64,000 nucleotides of DNA, taken from NCBI GenBank assembly GCA_030390025.1, contig JASTWF010000035.1:3100001-3164000 (forward strand), written 5' to 3'. Made by a program: the position numbers and the translations under genes. Under the pieces are notes generated by a model. The model was not told where the DNA came from. It searched no databases and was given only the letters and a program-made list of their open reading frames with translations. The DNA is from Squalus acanthias (lineage: Eukaryota). Below are positions 61,511-64,000 of the stretch, in pieces. Each line of letters begins with the position of its first letter. Position 1 is the first letter of the stretch.

Positions 61511-64000
61511 TAACTTGTCTTCCTGTTTTTGCCACCAATGTGGATAACCTCGCATTTATCCACTTTATACTGCATCTGCCATGCATCTGCCCAATCACCC
61601 AACCTGTCCAAATCATACTGGAGTTTCTCTGCATCCTCCTCACAGCACACATACCCACCCAGCTTTGTGTCGTCTGCAAACTTAGAGATATTACATCTAG
61701 TTCCCTCATCTAGATCATTAATATATATTGTGAATAACTGGGGTCCTAGGACCGATCCTTGCGGTACCCCACTAGTCACTGCCTGCCACTCGGAAAAAGA
61801 CCCGTTTATTCCAACTCTTTGCTTACTGTTTGCCAACCAGTTCTCTATCCAAATCAGTACCTTACCCCCAATCCCATGTGCTTTAACTTTGCACGCTAAT
61901 CTCTTATGCGGGACCTTATCGAAAGCCTTCTGAAAGACCAAATACACCACATCCACTGGTTCTCCCTTATCTATTCTACCAGTTACATCCTCAAAAAATT
62001 CCAGTAGATTAGTCAGGCATGATTTACCTTTTGTAAATCCATGTTGACTTTGTCCGATCCTGTCACTGTTTCCAAGTGCTCTGCTATTGCATCTTTTATA
62101 ATGGACTCTAGCATTTTGCCCACTACCGATGTCAGATATACCGATCTATAATTTCCTGTTTTTTCTCTACCACCTTTTTTAAATAGTGGGGTTACATTAG
62201 CTATCCTCCAATCCATGGGAACTGTTCCAAAGTCTATAGAATTTTGAAAGATGACCAGCAATGCATCTACTATTTCTAGGGTCACTTCCTTAAGTACCCT
62301 AGGATGTAGATTATCAGGCCCTGGGGATTTATCGGCCTTCAATCACGTCAATTTCCCTAACACCATTTCCCTGCAAATACTGATTTCATTCAATTCCTCT
62401 CTGTCATTAGACCCTATGTTCCCTGACATCTCTGGGAGTTTATTTGTGTCCTCCTTTGTGAAGACAGAACCAAAGTATGTATTTAATTGGGCTGCCATTT
62501 CTTTGTTCCCCATTATAAATTCCCCTGATTCTGACTGCAAGGGACCTACGCTTGACTTCACCAATCTTTTTCTCTTCACATATCTATAGAAGCTTTTACA
62601 GTCAGTTTTTATGTTCCCTGAAAGCTTACTCTCATACTCTATTTCCCGCTCTTAATTAATCCCTTTGTCCTCCTTTGCTGAATCCTAAACTGCTCCCAAT
62701 CCTCAGGTTTGCTGCTTTTTCTGGCCAATTTATATGCCCTCTCCTTGGATCTTATGCTGTCCCTAATTTCCCTTGTTAGCCACGGTTGAGTCACCTTTTT
62801 TGTTTTATTTTTATGCCAAACAGGGATGAACAAATTCTGTAGTTCATCCATGCGATCTTCAAATGTTTGCCATTGCCTATCCACCATCAACCCTTTAAGT
62901 ATCGCTCCCCAATCCATCCTAGCCAACTCGCGCCTCATACCATCGTAGTTTCCTTTATTTAAATTCAGGACCCTTGTCTCTGAGTCAACTACTTCACTCT
63001 CCTTCTTAATGAAGAATTCTATCATATTATGATCGCTCCGACCCAAGGGGCCTCGCACAACAAGATTGCTAATTAATCCTTTCTCATTACATAATACCCA
63101 GTCTAAGATTCTAATACCATATTCCCGCTCTCTCCCCATGCCCCTTGATGCCTTTTGTGTCTAGAAATCTATCTATCTCCTTCTTAAATATATTCAGTGA
63201 CTTGGCCTCCACAGCCTTCTGTGGTAGAGAATTCCAGAGGTTCACCACCCTCTGAATGAAGAAATTTCTCCTCATCTCAGTCCTAAATGTCCTACCCCGT
63301 ATCCTGAGACTGTGACCCCTCGTTCTAGACCCCCCAGCCAGGGGAAACATCCTCCCTGCATCCAGTCTGTCTAGCCCTGCACACAGTAGTCCAGGTGTGG
63401 TCTCACCAAGGCCCTGTACAAATGTAGTAAGACATCCTTACTCCTGTACTCAAATCCTCTTGCAATGAAGGCCAACATACCATTTGCCTTCCTAACTGCT
63501 TGCTGCACCTGCATGTTTGCTTTCAGTGACATAAGAACATCAGAAATAGGAGCAGGAGTAGGCCATTCGGCCCTTCGAGCCTGCTCCGCCATTCAATGAG
63601 ATCATGGCTGATCTTCTGTCTCAACTCCATTCACTGGCCCTATCGCCATATCCCTTGATGCCTTTACTAGTCAGTAATCTATTGACTTCTGTTTTGAATA
63701 TACCCAATGACTGAGCCTCCACAACCCTCTGGGGTAGAGAATTCCAAAGATTCACCACCCTCTGTGTGAAGAAATTTCTTCTGGTGTACAAGGACATCCA
63801 GGTCCCTTTGTACATCAACATATCCCAATCTATCACCATTTAAATAATACTCTGCCTATCTGTTTTTCCTACCGAAGTGGATAACTTCACATTTATCCAC
63901 GTTATACTGCATCTGCCATGTATTTGCCCACTCACTCAACTTGTCTAAATCGCCTTGAAGCCTCTTTGCATTCTCCTCACAACTCACAATCCCACCTAGT
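61511..64000 (-). mobile_element. Series of - strand CR1 fragments from several subfamilies
   Basis: ORF2 remnants 61492-61956, 62013-62579, 62639-63139 and 63111-63350; a further tail at about 63530. Confidence 0.88.

Noticed and set aside
2761..63839. Many short ORFs antisense to CR1, RTE, L2 and Penelope coding regions
   Set aside because: Shadow frames that recur only because the underlying elements recur.

Overview
This is eukaryotic DNA, most likely from a cartilaginous fish, judging by HE1-like V-SINEs and shark-type CR1/HER1-like LINE tails. By eye about 85-90% is nested transposable elements and minisatellites; there are no prokaryotic genes or CRISPR arrays. Main contents: (1) dozens of CR1-clade LINE fragments from several subfamilies, including one full-length copy with 5' tandem monomers and one young copy whose ORF2 is broken by a single frameshift; (2) a complete but mutated two-gene PIF/Harbinger DNA transposon (212-7551; TIRs, AAA target duplication, DDE transposase and an intron-containing Myb/SANT partner gene), plus a second left end and several non-autonomous relatives, whose insertion sites suggest a preferred quasi-palindromic target; (3) RTE and L2 LINEs and two V-SINEs; (4) three Penelope-like insertions carrying minimal type I hammerhead ribozyme motifs, one a 207-bp hairpin mini-element with a perfect 14-bp TSD; (5) several minisatellites, including a 3.7-kb 30-bp array with a 1344-bp higher-order repeat. 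Among the repeats are probable 3' exons of two convergent host genes (+ strand 21208-21322 and 26759-26809; - strand 46802-46258), which I cannot name. TE boundaries are approximate unless a TSD or TIR is quoted.
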